Assembly: GCA_041664265.1 (NCBI GenBank)
Contig: JBAYLD010000002.1
Coordinates: 35,505 to 99,504, forward strand
DNA length: 64,000 nt
Direction: 5' to 3'
DNA from: Minisyncoccota bacterium
Lineage (GTDB): Bacteria > Patescibacteriota > Minisyncoccia > Phycocordibacterales > Phycocordibacteraceae
Part shown: positions 48,538 through 56,714 of the stretch, piece after piece
Position numbering within the stretch: the stretch's first letter is position 1
How the letters are laid out: each line of letters begins with the position of its first letter
Position numbers and translations under genes: made by a program
The notes under the pieces: generated by a model
Seen by the model: only the letters and a program-made list of their open reading frames with translations
Told to the model about the DNA's origin: nothing
The model's database searches: none

Positions 48538-48570
48538 AGTCAACTTATCATGTAGACAATAATATTCACT

Positions 48571-48822
48571 ATGGCAATAAACGCAGCATTATCAAAGCCC
48601 CTCAACCTCTCTCCTGAATTGGAGGCGGTTGTCGGCGCAGGCCCGATGCCGAGAACCGAAGTGGTTAAGCAGCTTTGGGTCTACATCAAGAAGCATGACC
48701 TGCAGAATCCCTCGAACAAGCGCAACATCCTCGCGGATGACAAGCTGAAGGCGATCTTCGGCGGCAAAGGCGAAGTGACGATGTTCGAGATGACCAAGCT
48801 CGTCTCGGCGCATTTGAAGTAA
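48571..48822 (+). CDS. SWIB/MDM2-domain protein
   Basis: LSPELEAVVG...RTEVVKQLWVYIKKHDLQNP...ILADDKLKAIFG typical SWIB. Confidence 0.7.
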   Translation: MAINAALSKPLNLSPELEAVVGAGPMPRTEVVKQLWVYIKKHDLQNPSNKRNILADDKLKAIFGGKGEVTMFEMTKLVSAHLK

Positions 48823-48830
48823 CGCATCGT

Positions 48831-48851
48831 TGTGGACACCGGGTGTCCACA
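48831..48851. repeat. palindrome TGTGGACACCGGGTGTCCACA (family C)
   Basis: copy of element inside ung (5885-5905). Confidence 0.7.
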
Positions 48852-48858
48852 GAATTAG

Positions 48859-48895
48859 AAAAAGGCGGCACCTAGGTGCCGCCTTTTGTCGTTTA
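48859..48895. terminator. bidirectional rho-independent terminator
   Basis: AAAAAGGCGGCACC-TAG-GTGCCGCCTTTTGTCGTTT. Confidence 0.75.
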
Positions 48896-48935
48896 GAGTC
48901 CAAGTTTCTGTTTCCAGTTTTCCTCGGCCTTTTGT

Positions 48936-50264
48936 TTACCCACCAAACACCCTGTTGAAGATGTAATCTACATTCTTAAGCTTCGCATCCAGATTGAAGC
49001 AGGCACGAAGTTCATCGCGTGTTACATACGCCATCACTTCTGCTTCTTCGCAGAGCGCGTCGAAGAAATCCGTTTCGTCCCCCCAACACTTGAGTGCGAC
49101 ACTGCGCACAATAGTGTGCGCATCCTCTCGCGGGAAGTTGCTCTTTTCTGCAACGAGCATCATGACGTCCTGAGAGAAGATAAGCCCCTTGGTCACGTCA
49201 AGATTACGCATCATTTTATTCGGGAAAACGCGCATGTTCTCGATGATTCCGGTCAGTCGAGCCAGTGCATAATCCACCAAGATCGACGAATCCGCGAAAA
49301 TCACACGCTCGGCCCCCGAATTATCCAGGCTTCGCTCGTGCCAGCAATTGGCCAGATTCTCAAGCGCCACCAGATAATTGACGCCCGGTACCCGCATCAA
49401 TCCCGAAATGTTCTCACTTCCGACGGGATTCTTCTTGTGCGGCATGGCGCTCGACCCCTTCTGAGTTGTACCAAACGGCTCCATCACTTCTCTGATTTCA
49501 GTTTGCGACAGGAGCCGAAGGTTGACCGAGATCTTCCCGATTGATGCAGCGAGGTTCGCGAGAGTAGACATATAGACAGCCGCAACGTCGCGCGAGATGA
49601 TCTGCGTAGCGATGATGGGCTTGAGGCCCAGTCTCGCACAAACCAGCTCCTCAATTTTCGGGTCGATGGTATACATGCCGACAGCTCCGCTCAACTTACC
49701 GACTGACACTTCTTCGCGCGCTTGGACAAGTCGCCAGCTATGACGAACGAGTTCTGCGTACCAGTTGGCGAGCTTCACACCAAATGTTATCGGCTCGGCA
49801 TGAATACCGTGAGTACGGCCGATTTCAGGAGTGTACTTGAACTCATACGCGCGCCTTTTTAAAACGCCCATGAGTCTCCCCACTCCCATGGTAATGACAT
49901 CAATACTGTCGCGCATCTGTAACGCAAGTGCCGTATCGACAATATCGTAGGACGTAAGCCCCCGGTGTAGCCACGATCGCAGTCCTTCAGGGATCTGCGG
50001 CGAGACGTGCATAAGAAATGCAATCACGTCATGTCCAATTCCTTCCTTTTTAACACCTCTCTCAATCCATCCTTTCTCGAGCCGGTTAATCTCCCTCGGG
50101 TCAATCACGATTTTATCGATCATGTCGGGCGGCACAGGGTATTTGAATTCCCCCCTGTCGCGTCTGACCCCTAACACTGTGGTTTCAACACGAAACCACG
50201 TAAGAAACTTATTCAACTCAGACCAGATAAACTCCATTTCACTCTGACTGTAACGCTTTAACAT
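48936..50264 (-). CDS. purB: adenylosuccinate lyase
   Basis: fumarate-lyase signature GSSAMPHKKNP; 442 aa. Confidence 0.9.
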   Translation of the reverse strand: MLKRYSQSEMEFIWSELNKFLTWFRVETTVLGVRRDRGEFKYPVPPDMIDKIVIDPREINRLEKGWIERGVKKEGIGHDVIAFLMHVSPQIPEGLRSWLHRGLTSYDIVDTALALQMRDSIDVITMGVGRLMGVLKRRAYEFKYTPEIGRTHGIHAEPITFGVKLANWYAELVRHSWRLVQAREEVSVGKLSGAVGMYTIDPKIEELVCARLGLKPIIATQIISRDVAAVYMSTLANLAASIGKISVNLRLLSQTEIREVMEPFGTTQKGSSAMPHKKNPVGSENISGLMRVPGVNYLVALENLANCWHERSLDNSGAERVIFADSSILVDYALARLTGIIENMRVFPNKMMRNLDVTKGLIFSQDVMMLVAEKSNFPREDAHTIVRSVALKCWGDETDFFDALCEEAEVMAYVTRDELRACFNLDAKLKNVDYIFNRVFGG

Positions 50265-50353
50265 GATTATTTCCTCCTTTCAAAGACCTATTTTAGGGTT
50301 AGAAAACTAAGCCATTCTGGACGCACCTTACCACACCTCTTCAATTCTTCAAT

Positions 50354-50424
50354 GTGGACCTACGGGGAGTCGGACCCCGACCTCGTGCATGCCATGCGCG
50401 CGTTCTACCGCTGAACTATAGGCC
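50354..50424 (-). tRNA. tRNA-Ala(GGC), atypical T-loop UCCGACU
   Basis: manual fold: acceptor GGGCCUA/UAGGUCC with G3:U70, D-stem GUUC/GAAC, anticodon loop AUGGCAU, T-stem CGGGG/CCCCG; one C-A mismatch in anticodon stem. Confidence 0.55.
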
Positions 50425-50539
50425 CGCTTTGTTTTTATATCTTACTTCCCTTTCCTCGCTTGCTCAAGCCGCGTTTGACTTTATTATACACTCATGCTAC
50501 TCTGCAAACAGAAAATAACCTGAATGAGGAGGTGTAGAA

Positions 50540-50980
50540 ATGAGAAAAGTTCTTTGCGTATGTATGACCAACACAGCCCGGAGCGTGATGCTGGCCGCCC
50601 TGCTCCGAAAAGTGCTCGGCGACGAGTCCCGGGTGGAGAGTGCTGGCGCTTCAAAAAAGGCCCGTGAGGGATCGCTGGCCAACGTCTATACCGACCATCT
50701 CATGCGGCATCGAGGGTTCAACCTCTCCGGTCACCAGAGCCGCTGGTTTGGGGATCTTGATCTCACTCAATTCACGCACATCGTGTGCGTGGATGAGAAG
50801 ACGGAGGAACAGGTTGTCTCACTCCTCGGTGGATACCGGATGATCGAGGTCCTCGTCGCCAATGAACGCGGCGGCGGGATACCCCTCGCACAGGGGGCGG
50901 GCTGGCAAGAACACCGAGCCGCTCTCTCTATAATGGAAAGAGTGGCTCCCGACATCGCGCGGCAAGTCCGTGGCGAATGA
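50540..50980 (+). CDS. low-molecular-weight protein-tyrosine phosphatase / ArsC-family protein
   Basis: P-loop CVCMTNTARS (CX5R); RBS GAGGAGG. Confidence 0.6.
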   Translation: MRKVLCVCMTNTARSVMLAALLRKVLGDESRVESAGASKKAREGSLANVYTDHLMRHRGFNLSGHQSRWFGDLDLTQFTHIVCVDEKTEEQVVSLLGGYRMIEVLVANERGGGIPLAQGAGWQEHRAALSIMERVAPDIARQVRGE

Positions 50981-50992
50981 GAAGGGCGGCTA

Positions 50993-51024
50993 AGCCCGGC
51001 GTACTAGGTACGCTGGGCTTTTTC
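50993..51024 (+). terminator. rho-independent terminator
   Basis: GCCCGGCGTAC-TAG-GTACGCTGGGC then TTTTTCT. Confidence 0.65.
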
Positions 51025-51129
51025 TATAACGCGCACGATTCCCCTTCTCATGCATCTGCTTCTTCCAAATAATACGTTATAATCAAATGGGTGTTCTTGG
51101 GCTTAAAAATCAGTTAGAAAGGAGAATCT

Positions 51130-51261
51130 CGTGAAAGATAAAAAATACGAAAAACCGGTTTTTATCAAGATGACCAAGATGACGTTCCTGCTCAACAGCA
51201 TCAAAACGAAGGGAAAAGGCGTCGTTTGTAGGCAGTGTTCTGGATGCCACGGCTGTCGATA
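51130..51261 (+). CDS. 43-aa Lys-rich peptide with Cys-rich C-terminus (CRQCSGCHGCR); candidate precursor peptide or metal-binding peptide
   Basis: GTG start 6 nt after RBS AGAAAGGAGAA; TATAAT at 51077-51082; terminator follows; not in ORF track. Confidence 0.4.
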
Positions 51262-51295
51262 AACCTCAAAACTCGGCGAGAACACCTCCCTTACC

Positions 51296-51327
51296 AAGCC
51301 TTCGGTTACTCCGAAGGCTTTTATTAT
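51296..51327 (+). terminator. rho-independent terminator
   Basis: AAGCCTTCGG-TTACT-CCGAAGGCTT then TTTATTATTG. Confidence 0.7.
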
Positions 51328-51423
51328 TGAACCATTACGGGAGCTTGACTTTTTCATGGTGGTATGCTAAGCTTTATCAAGGCAATTTGATCTCTCAAAT
51401 GAACGTGAGAAGGAGGTGCGGAA

Positions 51424-51861
51424 GTGAAGAAAAAAGTTCTTTGTGTTTGCGCTGGTAATACCTGCCGGAGTCCTATGATGGCAGCCTTGCTCCAAAAGGA
51501 ACTCGGTAACGAGTTCCAGATGGAGAGCGCGGGTTGGTTCAGGAATCAAGTTGGCGAGCCAGCGAGCGAAAATGCTGTATTTTTTATGAGGGTCAGAGGT
51601 ATCGATATCAGTGAACATAAAGCTCGCTGGATCAGAGATCTCGATCTCAAAGCATTCTCGCATATTGTGTGTGTGAATCCTGACATGGCATACAACATCC
51701 GGTCCAATCTCGAAAACGATCAGACAATGGTTCTCATCGCTGGAGTAGAGGTCGGAGGAGTGCCGGACCCGTATGGAAAAGGAAGAGACGCCTATCGTGA
51801 GTGTGCAAACCTTCTAGATAAGGCCATGCACGAAATCGCCGCGATAATCCGCAACTCTTAA
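51424..51861 (+). CDS. low-molecular-weight protein-tyrosine phosphatase
   Basis: canonical CVCAGNTCRS P-loop; GTG start with RBS AAGGAGG. Confidence 0.7.
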   Translation: MKKKVLCVCAGNTCRSPMMAALLQKELGNEFQMESAGWFRNQVGEPASENAVFFMRVRGIDISEHKARWIRDLDLKAFSHIVCVNPDMAYNIRSNLENDQTMVLIAGVEVGGVPDPYGKGRDAYRECANLLDKAMHEIAAIIRNS

Positions 51862-53744
51862 ACAACTGAAGCCCGACGTGATGAACGTCGGGCTTTCTTT
51901 ATTACACGGACTATTCCGTTGGTGGCATCCACTTCGATAAGATCTCCTGTTTTCAAAATCTGCGTCGCAACTTTGGTCCCCACGATGCAAGGAATTTTGA
52001 ACTCTCGTGAGAGAATCGCCGCATGCGAGACAATACCCCCTTCGTCAGTCACGATGGCTACAGATCTCTTACACGCCGCTATCATATCCGGTTTCGTCAT
52101 ATCGGTAACTAAAACTTCTCCAGACTGCACCGCGTACACATCGCCCCGCCGCGTATGTTTCTCGAAAATCACTCGCGCCTTTCCTGTCACTTTCCCGGGA
52201 TATGCAATCGACCCGACGATGATCGCTTTATCTTTTGGAGACGTTAATTCCTTGACTCGATGCCAAAGCTGGTCTGCGTCCTTTTTCAAAAAGATTTCCG
52301 ATTGTTTCTTTTTCCTTAGAACAGCATGACCTCGAGTCCGTTCAGCGATTATTTGTGCAGGAACCTTCTTCCCCTCTTTTGCAAGAGCGGTGAGCTCGTC
52401 AAAATCGTAGAAAAAGAGCTCTCCAGCAACGCGTATTTTATTTCTTCTGGCGATCTCGCCTAGCAATTGCCCTATGTATAGAAAGAAAAATTCTTTGGAG
52501 CAGCGCCTGAGCTTTAAGCGAATTTCTCCTATTTTTTTGAATGTCCGGTGGTTTGCCTTAACTCTCTCGAATTTCTTCATCCGCGACGCTTCGGTTTTCG
52601 TATATATCGCGCTGAATTTTTCCATCACACAAGTTAATGAAACGAGGGTCTTACGCATTTTCTCATCACTCAGTTTCTTGAAGTCGACATTCTTAAATTC
52701 TTGAGTAATTCGCTTCACTGTCGCTGCTATATCCTCGGCACGTTCCAAATATCTCTCACGGTTTTTCTGTTTCGAGAAAAAGGCATACCCCTTTTTCTCC
52801 TCATTGTCATGAGAACCGTTCAGATAAAAACAGTGACACATCTTCTTTTTGTAGAAGAAGATACTGGAGTTGCCCAGGTCGTGATTCGGGTTGGTAAGCC
52901 AAAAGAGCGGCATGGAGTTCTCTCTTGCCCAAAATTCAGCACTCCTTATTTCCGGCAAGAATGGAGATTCTTGCCCTTCACGAAGAGTTGTAATCGGGCG
53001 GCTCTGCACAATCCAAAACTTTCCTTCGGCATATGCCCACTCGACGTCGACCGGGAAGCCGTAATGATTTTCTATTTTTATGACTAACTTTGCGAGCTCC
53101 TTAATCTGTTGTTCCGAAAGTTTTTGCTCTCCTTGTGCGGTAACATCAATCAACGTGAGGTTATTCTTCGCTACCACGTAGCTATCCGGCGTTACCTGCC
53201 CGGACACCAGCTTCTCTCCAAGGCCGGAGACTGCCTCGATGATCATCTGATTATGGTCTTCGGTTACTGGATGCACCGAGAAGGCGACACCGGCAGTCTC
53301 AGCTTCAACCATCTCCTGTACTACCACCGCAACTGAGATGTTCGCAGTGTCGAGTCCTTGTTCAGAACGGTAGGAGACAGCACGAATAGTGAAGAGGGAC
53401 TCCCAACATTTCTCTACGTTCTCGAGCAGGTTTTCTTCCGTGGTGTTCAAATAACTCTCCAGCTGCCCCGCCCACGACGCACTCTTCGAATCTTCTGCAG
53501 TCGCGCTCGAGCGCACCGCGACCCGCTTCACACCGAGTTCTTTAAAAGCCTTTTTAATTTCTCCTGCCACATCCTCTGACATTTTCCCCTCCCCTTTAAA
53601 CTTCTCATAAGCACTTGAGAGAATCACAAACCCAGGCGGGACCGGTATCCCCGCCCACGTCATCTCGCCCAAGGACGCGCCCTTCCCGCCCGCGATCGCA
53701 GTGTCGTCTTTGGTTATGTCTTCAAACCACCGTATCCATTCCAT
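51858..53744 (-). CDS. PEP-utilizing enzyme (PpsA/PPDK-like ATP-grasp + phosphohistidine swivel domain, no C-terminal PEP/pyruvate TIM barrel)
   Basis: N-terminal nucleotide-binding region; C-terminal GGIVSHAAILSREFKIPCIVG mobile-His domain. Confidence 0.7.
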   Translation of the reverse strand: MEWIRWFEDITKDDTAIAGGKGASLGEMTWAGIPVPPGFVILSSAYEKFKGEGKMSEDVAGEIKKAFKELGVKRVAVRSSATAEDSKSASWAGQLESYLNTTEENLLENVEKCWESLFTIRAVSYRSEQGLDTANISVAVVVQEMVEAETAGVAFSVHPVTEDHNQMIIEAVSGLGEKLVSGQVTPDSYVVAKNNLTLIDVTAQGEQKLSEQQIKELAKLVIKIENHYGFPVDVEWAYAEGKFWIVQSRPITTLREGQESPFLPEIRSAEFWARENSMPLFWLTNPNHDLGNSSIFFYKKKMCHCFYLNGSHDNEEKKGYAFFSKQKNRERYLERAEDIAATVKRITQEFKNVDFKKLSDEKMRKTLVSLTCVMEKFSAIYTKTEASRMKKFERVKANHRTFKKIGEIRLKLRRCSKEFFFLYIGQLLGEIARRNKIRVAGELFFYDFDELTALAKEGKKVPAQIIAERTRGHAVLRKKKQSEIFLKKDADQLWHRVKELTSPKDKAIIVGSIAYPGKVTGKARVIFEKHTRRGDVYAVQSGEVLVTDMTKPDMIAACKRSVAIVTDEGGIVSHAAILSREFKIPCIVGTKVATQILKTGDLIEVDATNGIVRVIKKARRSSRRASVV

Positions 53745-53765
53745 TTCTCAAGTATATACCGTTTG

Positions 53766-53838
53766 TGGACCCTAGCGGACTTGAACCGCTTACCTCGTCA
53801 ATGCGAATGACGCGCTCTACCAGATGAGCTAAGGGCCC
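53766..53838 (-). tRNA. tRNA-Ala(CGC)
   Basis: GGGCCCU acceptor with G3:U70, D-arm UAGCUCAUCUGGUAGAGC, anticodon loop UUCGCAU, T-loop UUCAAGU. Confidence 0.8.
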
Positions 53839-53968
53839 TGCACGAGCGATTCTACCACGACCCCCGATTATTTTCATCGCCCTGTCCCACCACAGTATGC
53901 ACCCGCCGGGGTTGCATCTTCACAGAAACTTCATGTTAGACTGCCGACAGAATAGTTATTTTGACATC

Positions 53969-53984
53969 GGCCGCTTCGGCGGCC
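53969..53984 (+). promoter_or_regulatory. GGCCGC-UUCG-GCGGCC tetraloop hairpin in 5' leader of hydrolase gene
   Basis: perfect 6-bp GC stem with UUCG loop, 33 nt upstream of ATG. Confidence 0.4.
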
Positions 53985-54016
53985 TTAACCTGAAGAGGAG
54001 AGAAAGGAGGAGAAAT

Positions 54017-55084
54017 ATGCGTAGAAAAATATTGGTCCCGAAAAGAACCCCTGTTGCACCCCTATTGCGGCCGTGGATAGCCTCAATGGAGTACTGGGCG
54101 ACAATGATGAACCTGCCCCAGCACGACTGGAGTACGCCGCATCGGGTTGTCGCCGAGTGTGCCAATGCCAAACTCTTATATTTTGGCGGCAAGAAAACTG
54201 GGCGAGTGATGCTTATTAACCCGCCACAGGCGAGCCATAGCTCAAGCGGTTGCGACTTCGGTCCCGGTCGCTCGCTGGTACAAACGGCGGTCGCGTCCGG
54301 TATCGGCGAAGTTTATGCCATTGACTGGAAGAGCGCCGGCTTCGACCGACGAAATGAAGATATCGGCGATTTCGTCACCACCATGTACTCGTTCATCGAC
54401 GGACTCGATCGTGATGTCGATCTCAACGGCGTGTGTCAGGGCGGATGGCAGGCGGCAATCTATGCCGCATTGTATCCGGAAAGGGTTAGAACTCTCACGC
54501 TCGTCGCCTCGCCCATAGATTTCCATGGCGGGGAGAGCAAAATATCTGAATGGGTCAACGCCCTGCCGGACATCTGGTTCCAGAATCTGGTCGCGATGGG
54601 AAATGGCGTTCTCGACGGACGTTATATCCTGTTGGCATTTAAGATGATGCATCCGACAGAGCGGTTTGTCGAAGACAATTGGAAGCTCTATCTGAGCATT
54701 CTGGAAGGGAGATGGGAGGAAGTGCAACAGCAAGTTCATTTTAGGTCCTGGTATGACCGGGCCGTACAGAACCTGCCGGGTTCCTTCTACCTCCAAGTGG
54801 TTCGCGAGCTGTTTAAGAAGAATTCGCTGGTCAGGGGCGAACTAGAGATCCTCGGGCAGCGGGTAGATCTGAAAAAGATAACCTGCCCGACATTTCTCGT
54901 AACGGGTGATACCGACGATATCACCCCAGATCCACAGGCCTGTGCAATGAAGGACTGTGTGAGCACAAGCTGTTCCTGCCGGCACTTTGAAGTCGAGGGC
55001 GGGCATTTCGCCACCTTCGCCGGAAGTGGCGCAATGGGAAGATGGAAGGAAGAGATCTTCCCCGCCATCAAAACGGCGGGGTAG
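54017..55084 (+). CDS. alpha/beta-fold hydrolase, PhaC/PhaZ-like (GxCxGG nucleophile elbow)
   Basis: GVCQGGW lipase-box-like motif; start at MRRKILVPK after RBS AAAGGAGGAG. Confidence 0.55.
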   Translation: MRRKILVPKRTPVAPLLRPWIASMEYWATMMNLPQHDWSTPHRVVAECANAKLLYFGGKKTGRVMLINPPQASHSSSGCDFGPGRSLVQTAVASGIGEVYAIDWKSAGFDRRNEDIGDFVTTMYSFIDGLDRDVDLNGVCQGGWQAAIYAALYPERVRTLTLVASPIDFHGGESKISEWVNALPDIWFQNLVAMGNGVLDGRYILLAFKMMHPTERFVEDNWKLYLSILEGRWEEVQQQVHFRSWYDRAVQNLPGSFYLQVVRELFKKNSLVRGELEILGQRVDLKKITCPTFLVTGDTDDITPDPQACAMKDCVSTSCSCRHFEVEGGHFATFAGSGAMGRWKEEIFPAIKTAG

Positions 55085-55141
55085 GATACGAAAAAAGCAG
55101 ATAAGGAGGAAAAGTGTACACAGAAGACGAGCGCACAGGGC

Positions 55142-55178
55142 GGTGATTGCAAGAACTACGCAATCACCGCTTTTTTGT
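55142..55178 (+). terminator. rho-independent terminator
   Basis: GGTGATTGC-AAGAACTAC-GCAATCACC then TTTTTTG. Confidence 0.75.
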
Positions 55179-55197
55179 ATTCTCACCTCTCTTTCAG

Positions 55198-55268
55198 TCG
55201 GGCCGCCGGGAATCGAACCCGGTTCTTGCGCACCCCATGCGCAAATACTGCCGGTATACTACGGCCCG
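55198..55268 (-). tRNA. tRNA-Pro(GGG)
   Basis: C1:G72 acceptor CGGGCCG, anticodon loop AUGGGGU, T-arm CCGGGUUCGAUUCCCGG. Confidence 0.8.
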
Positions 55269-55286
55269 TTATGGAGATGTCCTCTG

Positions 55287-55357
55287 TCGGGCCGCCGGGA
55301 ATTGAACCCGGTCTACACGCACCCGAAGCGTGCGTACTACCGACATACTCCGGCCCG
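55287..55357 (-). tRNA. tRNA-Pro(CGG)
   Basis: C1:G72 acceptor, anticodon stem CACGC/GCGUG, loop UUCGGGU, T-loop UUCAAUU. Confidence 0.8.
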
Positions 55358-55375
55358 ACACAGAACACCTCCCGA

Positions 55376-55393
55376 GTGCGCCCTGCAGGATTC
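55376..55393. repeat. 18-bp duplicate of tRNA-Val 3' end (GTGCGCCCTGCAGGATTC)
   Basis: identical to 55526-55543. Confidence 0.7.
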
Positions 55394-55526
55394 TTTCCTT
55401 ACAGGAACAGTATACCTTGCGGATTTTTTGTTCACATTCGTTCCAAAAAATGCTCGCAAGGTCTTCTCATCCTGCACGCACGCCCCCCAGGCGTGCTAGA
55501 GCGCACTACGCCTGAAGACATGCTTG

Positions 55527-55600
55527 TGCGCCCTGCAGGATTCGAACCTGCGACCTTACGCGTGTGAAGCGTACGCTCTAACCAACTGAGCTAAGAGCGC
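55527..55600 (-). tRNA. tRNA-Val(CAC)
   Basis: D-arm UAGCUCAGUUGGUUAGAGC, anticodon stem UACGC/GCGUA, loop UUCACAC, T-arm GCAGGUUCGAAUCCUGC. Confidence 0.8.
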
Positions 55601-55629
55601 GCACACGACGTACCATACCAGACATTTGC

Positions 55630-56589
55630 TTAGATTCCCAGATTCGCGAGCGCGCTCCTCACTCTGCCGATCGGCAGGGCGAAGCCGATGTTCTGCGAAC
55701 CCTGCACCATCGCGACGTTGACGCCGACGGCTTCGCCCGTAAGGTTGACCAAGGGGCCGCCCGAATTGCCGGGGTTGATAGCGGCATCGGTCTGAATGAT
55801 GCCGGTCAAGGTCTCGGTGTTGCCTTGGCTATCTGAAGCGGTAATGCTCCGATCGAGCCCCGAGACGACCCCGACAGAGACCGAGTTGCTATATTGTCCA
55901 AGCGCATTCCCCACCGCGAATACTGACTGTGCGAGCCGGAGCGCCGAGGAGTCGCCAAGCGGGACAACCGGATACCCGCTCCCAGGGATCTTCACAACGG
56001 CGAGATCCTCGCTCGAGGAGCGCCACACGACCGTGCCCGACTGCTGGGCGCCGCTTGAGAGCAAGACGGTATACGTCGCGTTCGGCACATTCGGCACGAC
56101 GTGCTTGTTGGTGACGATATACCCGCTTGAGCGCACGAGGAATCCGGTCCCGGCCGAGATGCGTTCGGTCGTCGTGCCGACCTGCTCATACACCGGCACC
56201 CGTATTCCAAAATCGCGGAAGAAGGGATCATTACCAAACGGGTTCTCGTACGTTACTTGTAGCTTCGGCACTTCTCGGCTCTCGACGATCGAGACGACTG
56301 CTGGCGTCACCCTCGCCACGGCATCTTGGAGCGATAGCGTCTCCTCCTTCTGCACCACAATCTCACGCCGCACGGTCTCGGTAATGTTCGCGGCGGTGTT
56401 CGGTGCCGTCGAGCTCGCGAGCTCGGCGAGCTGGATGACTGAACCTTGGAGCATCGCAATGGAGTCTTCGAGCGTCGCTACCGAACGCGCGAGCTGCCCC
56501 CTCTCCTGATTCTCGTACACGAGCCCGCCCGCGAGTGCCACTATCGCTAGTAACGCCGCGAGCCAGAGATAATCAATGGTATCCTTCAT
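55630..56589 (-). CDS. trypsin-like serine protease (HtrA/DegP-family S1C, no PDZ)
   Basis: GNSGGPLV catalytic Ser motif, TNKHVV His region, N-terminal TM. Confidence 0.75.
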   Translation of the reverse strand: MKDTIDYLWLAALLAIVALAGGLVYENQERGQLARSVATLEDSIAMLQGSVIQLAELASSTAPNTAANITETVRREIVVQKEETLSLQDAVARVTPAVVSIVESREVPKLQVTYENPFGNDPFFRDFGIRVPVYEQVGTTTERISAGTGFLVRSSGYIVTNKHVVPNVPNATYTVLLSSGAQQSGTVVWRSSSEDLAVVKIPGSGYPVVPLGDSSALRLAQSVFAVGNALGQYSNSVSVGVVSGLDRSITASDSQGNTETLTGIIQTDAAINPGNSGGPLVNLTGEAVGVNVAMVQGSQNIGFALPIGRVRSALANLGI

Positions 56590-56714
56590 TTTTCCTATTA
56601 TACCGGATGCCGGGAGAATCGGTGCCTCACGATCGTGAGTGCCCCCTTATCCGCATTTATGGGGTGCGTTACCACTATGAACTCATGCGTACGCCGCATA
56701 GATGATGGGGAGCT

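Noticed and set aside
51103-51357. 84-aa minus-strand ORF between the two LMW-PTP genes
   Set aside because: No RBS or promoter. It lies antisense to a well-formed plus-strand unit of promoter, RBS, 43-aa ORF and terminator.
53897-54016. 40-aa N-terminal extension of the alpha/beta hydrolase ORF
   Set aside because: A strong RBS (AAAGGAGGAG) and a UUCG hairpin precede the internal ATG at 54017, and the extension overlaps the tRNA-Ala region.
55796-56509. 237-aa plus-strand ORF
   Set aside because: Antisense to the HtrA-like protease gene, which has clear catalytic motifs on the minus strand.
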